Shown piece after piece: positions 61,001 to 64,000 of a stretch of 64,000 nt of DNA. Both the position numbers and the translations under genes were made by a program. Position 1 is the stretch's first letter; each line of letters starts with the position of its first letter. The DNA lies in the NCBI GenBank assembly GCA_034780895.1, contig JAUZTB010000066.1, forward strand, positions 8,603,573 to 8,667,572, written 5' to 3'. A model generated the notes under the pieces. That model did no database searches and had not been told where the DNA came from. It was given only the letters and a program-made list of their open reading frames with translations. The stretch is from Rhynchobatus australiae (Eukaryota).

Positions 61001-62386
61001 NNNNNNNNNNNNNNNNNNNNNNNNNNNNNNNNNNNNNNNNNNNNNNNNNNNNNNNNNNNNNNNNNNNNNNNNNNNNNNNNNNNNNNNNNNNNNNNNNNNN
61101 NNNNNNNNNNNNNNNNNNNNNNTAACTGGAAACTTAACACATCGACAATCGCGGTGTGGAGCTGATGTGTTCCCATTTCCGGTGTACAGCCTCCCTAAAC
61201 TGTGCATTAAATATAAAATGGGATGGCAGCATCTGAAAGAAAATCAGTAGGTTTGCCCTTTCGATCAAACTTATCCTGGAGTAATGAGCAGGTGTTTTCT
61301 CAACATTGACTCAGTCATTGTACAACTCCAGCATTTGATTTTCTTAATGTGGTGAGTAACATTAATTTTAACATGCATGCTACTTAGGTCTAAAATAAAT
61401 GATCCTGTGCAACAATAACTTGAGAGTTTTTAAGGAAAAGCAGCAAAATTGGAATTAAAAGTACCTTTATAACTTGTAGTGGAATTTTATGCCTTGAATG
61501 AGCTTTTCATAAACAACATGCTTACTTCTGTGATTCAGAGATTTTCTCAGTTACACACACAGAGCATGTTAATTTTGTTTGGTAACAGCTGTGGATGATT
61601 CCTTCAGACTTCTGTCTTGCACCTGAGACTGAATGTAATGCAAATGTGTTACAGTGGCACCGAAGTGTATTGAAGCAGAGTAGCATGGTAAACCCGCTGG
61701 TTTCAGTGCAATCTTGAACATGTGTTACGAATGTAAATTACATTTTATATTGACTTCTGAAGCTAGGTGTAGCATTTTGGTACTTCAAAACTTCTGTACA
61801 TGGATTCTCTGCATTTTTTTTAAAAGAGAAGTTCAATAATTTATTGGTGGCTTAAACTTTAAGGATAGGGTGTTTTAGCATTGGATGTTTGCACCTTATG
61901 CATAGGTGCTGTTTAAGTATAACGCTTCCATTGAAAAATACTCTGTGATAGTGGAAGGCACCATTCTGTATTCTGCAATAAGTGGTGCCTCCTTTTTTTT
62001 AGTTTTTTTAAGATGGTTCTGCAAGGGGGTGGATAGAACATGAATTTTCACTCCAAAAAATAAATTAAAATGTGAAAAATGGCTGTGCTGATTGTAGAAT
62101 ATTACAGCGGTAGTTGAAATGCAATACTATATGTAAATGGTGGCTAGTAAAAGAACTTTTGTGTAAGCAACTTAATTAGATTTGAATGTGATGTAAATTT
62201 GTACATAAAATTATATTTTCTATAAACTGGGTTTGTCTTCCAGGAAACTGTAATTAATTTATGAAAATCTGTTAGTATTAACCAAGGTCTATGTTTAGTT
62301 ATGCAACTCAAGAATCTTGGTATGCTGGATGAATTCTGTATCAGATATGTAGGTTTTTGTGCAGACAATGTTGTCTTAATGCTCAT

Positions 62387-62425
62387 AATAAAAATTTCCA
62401 TTTAACTGTCTTGTATTTTATTAAA
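62387..62425 (+). promoter_or_regulatory. Candidate distal polyadenylation signals of KSR1
   Basis: AATAAA at 62387 and ATTAAA at 62420 with a T/GT-rich tract between them, ending an AT-rich stretch with no recognisable repeat that has a PUM-type TGTACATA at 62200. Confidence 0.4.
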
Positions 62426-62869
62426 GAGAGAGACCTATCAATGGAGTGAACTCACCACAATATATTTTCTTGGGACTGATTTTTCAAATAGCACTATTTC
62501 TAAGAGAACAAAGTTCCACTCTCTTTCAACAGTGAAATTTAGCTTCTGGCTTACAACAAACACGAATGGAACTGTTGTCCTCTGGCTGGGATACCTGATG
62601 TGACACATTGTTCTGGCCTTGAACATTTGGAACTTCACTTCATGGTGATGCAAATTATCCAGCAAAATGCTACTTTTATTTGAGGTGTGTATAAGACTAG
62701 CAAATGTTATTCACCCTATAGTTGAAGATGGATTTTGCAGAAGAGAGTACAGTCAGTGTCAAATATTTCCCATTCCATTAGTATACAAGCTATATTGAAT
62801 GTTTTCAGACCAGTTTCCTCTTGCAACAGGGAGCTGCCCTGACATCAGCTGTGTATGCATCCAGATCAG

Positions 62870-63810
62870 AGGGCAGCACAGTGGGTGCAGTAGTCAGTGC
62901 TGCTGCCTCCTAGCAAAGATCTGGGCTCAATCCTTTGGTGATGTGTGGGTGTGTGTGTGGTTTGCATATACTCCTTGTGACCTAGTGGATCCTCTCACAC
63001 NNNNNNNNNNNNNNNNNNNNNNNNNNNNNNNNNNNNNNNNNNNNNNNNNNNNNNNNNNNNNNNNNNNNNNNNNNNNNNNNNNNNNNNNNNNNNNNNNNNN
63101 NNNNNNNNNNNNNNNNNNNNNNNNNNNNNNNNNNNNNNNNNNNNNNNNNNNNNNNNNNNNNNNNNNNNNNNNNNNNNNNNNNNNNNNNNNNNNNNNNNNN
63201 NNNNNNNNNNNNNNNNNNNNNNNNNNNNNNNNNNNNNNNNNNNNNNNNNNNNNNNNNNNNNNNNNNNNNNNNNNNNNNNNNNNNNNNNNNNNNNNNNNNN
63301 NNNNNNNNNNNNNNNNNNNNNNNNNNNNNNNNNNNNNNNNNNNNNNNNNNNNNNNNNNNNNNNNNNNNNNNNNNNNNNNNNNNNNNNNNNNNNNNNNNNN
63401 NNNNNNNNNNNNNNNNNNNNNNNNNNNNNNNNNNNNNNNNNNNNNNNNNNNNNNNNNNNNNNNNNNNNNNNNNNNNNNNNNNNNNNNNNNNNNNNNNNNN
63501 NNNNNNNNNNNNNNNNNNNNNNNNNNNNNNNNNNNNNNNNNNNNNNNNNNNNNNNNNNNNNNNNNNNNNNNNNNNNNNNNNNNNNNNNNNNNNNNNNNNN
63601 NNNNNNNNNNNNNNNNNNNNNNNNNNNNNNNNNNNNNNNNNNNNNNNNNNNNNNNNNNNNNNNNNNNNNNNNNNNNNNNNNNGTCCAGTGGGTGTGACGT
63701 GTGCGCATGCTCCCAGGGACTGGATGGGTTTCCTCTGGATGCTCTGGTTATTTGGCCACAGTAAATTGCCCCGAGTGTGTAGGTGAGTGGTAGAATCTGG
63801 GTGGGGGGAG
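62870..63810 (+). mobile_element. HE1/V-SINE-like element split by a 681-N gap
   Basis: gggcagcacagtgggtgcagtagtcagtgctgctgcctc head before the gap; gggtttcctctggatgctctggtt and gtaaattgcccc after it. Confidence 0.7.
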
Positions 63811-64000
63811 TTGGATGAGTTTTTGGATCTGGGAACAGCACAACATTTAGTTGAACTATGTAGGCCAGAAGACTGCTTTTTAAGGACACTTTGATCATGT
63901 GTTAAAGCGATTACAGTATGGAACTGTAAAGCAGCTGATAAATTTGACTTTACAGTATAATCAGATGTTAGATTGGAGAATTGAACACACAATCACTCTC

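Overview
Vertebrate draft-assembly DNA with many N gaps. The repeat content (CR1 LINEs, Rex1/Babar, Penelope-like elements, V-SINE/HE1-type SINEs) points to a cartilaginous fish, probably a ray or skate (inference). The window holds most of one + strand gene, KSR1 (kinase suppressor of Ras 1). I traced 17 internal coding exons with consistent splice phases from 19901 (second half of the CC-SAM domain) to 51171 (end of the kinase domain), plus two alternative terminal exons. The first two coding exons were not found and lie upstream or in gaps. Main observations: (1) a 182-nt exon homologous to a KSR2 exon that canonical mammalian KSR1 lacks; (2) the distal alternative C-terminal exon carries an in-frame TAA while the peptide beyond it is still conserved; (3) the 42-nt B-KSR1-type exon and RBFOX/QKI motif clusters; (4) a candidate internal first or poison exon near 25.9-26.0 kb; (5) Penelope-like elements with degenerate minimal hammerhead ribozyme motifs, one of them a ~1-kb inverted-repeat copy. 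I found no evidence of a wholly new biological system. Comparisons to human/mouse proteins are from memory, not database searches. Repeat boundaries are approximate.
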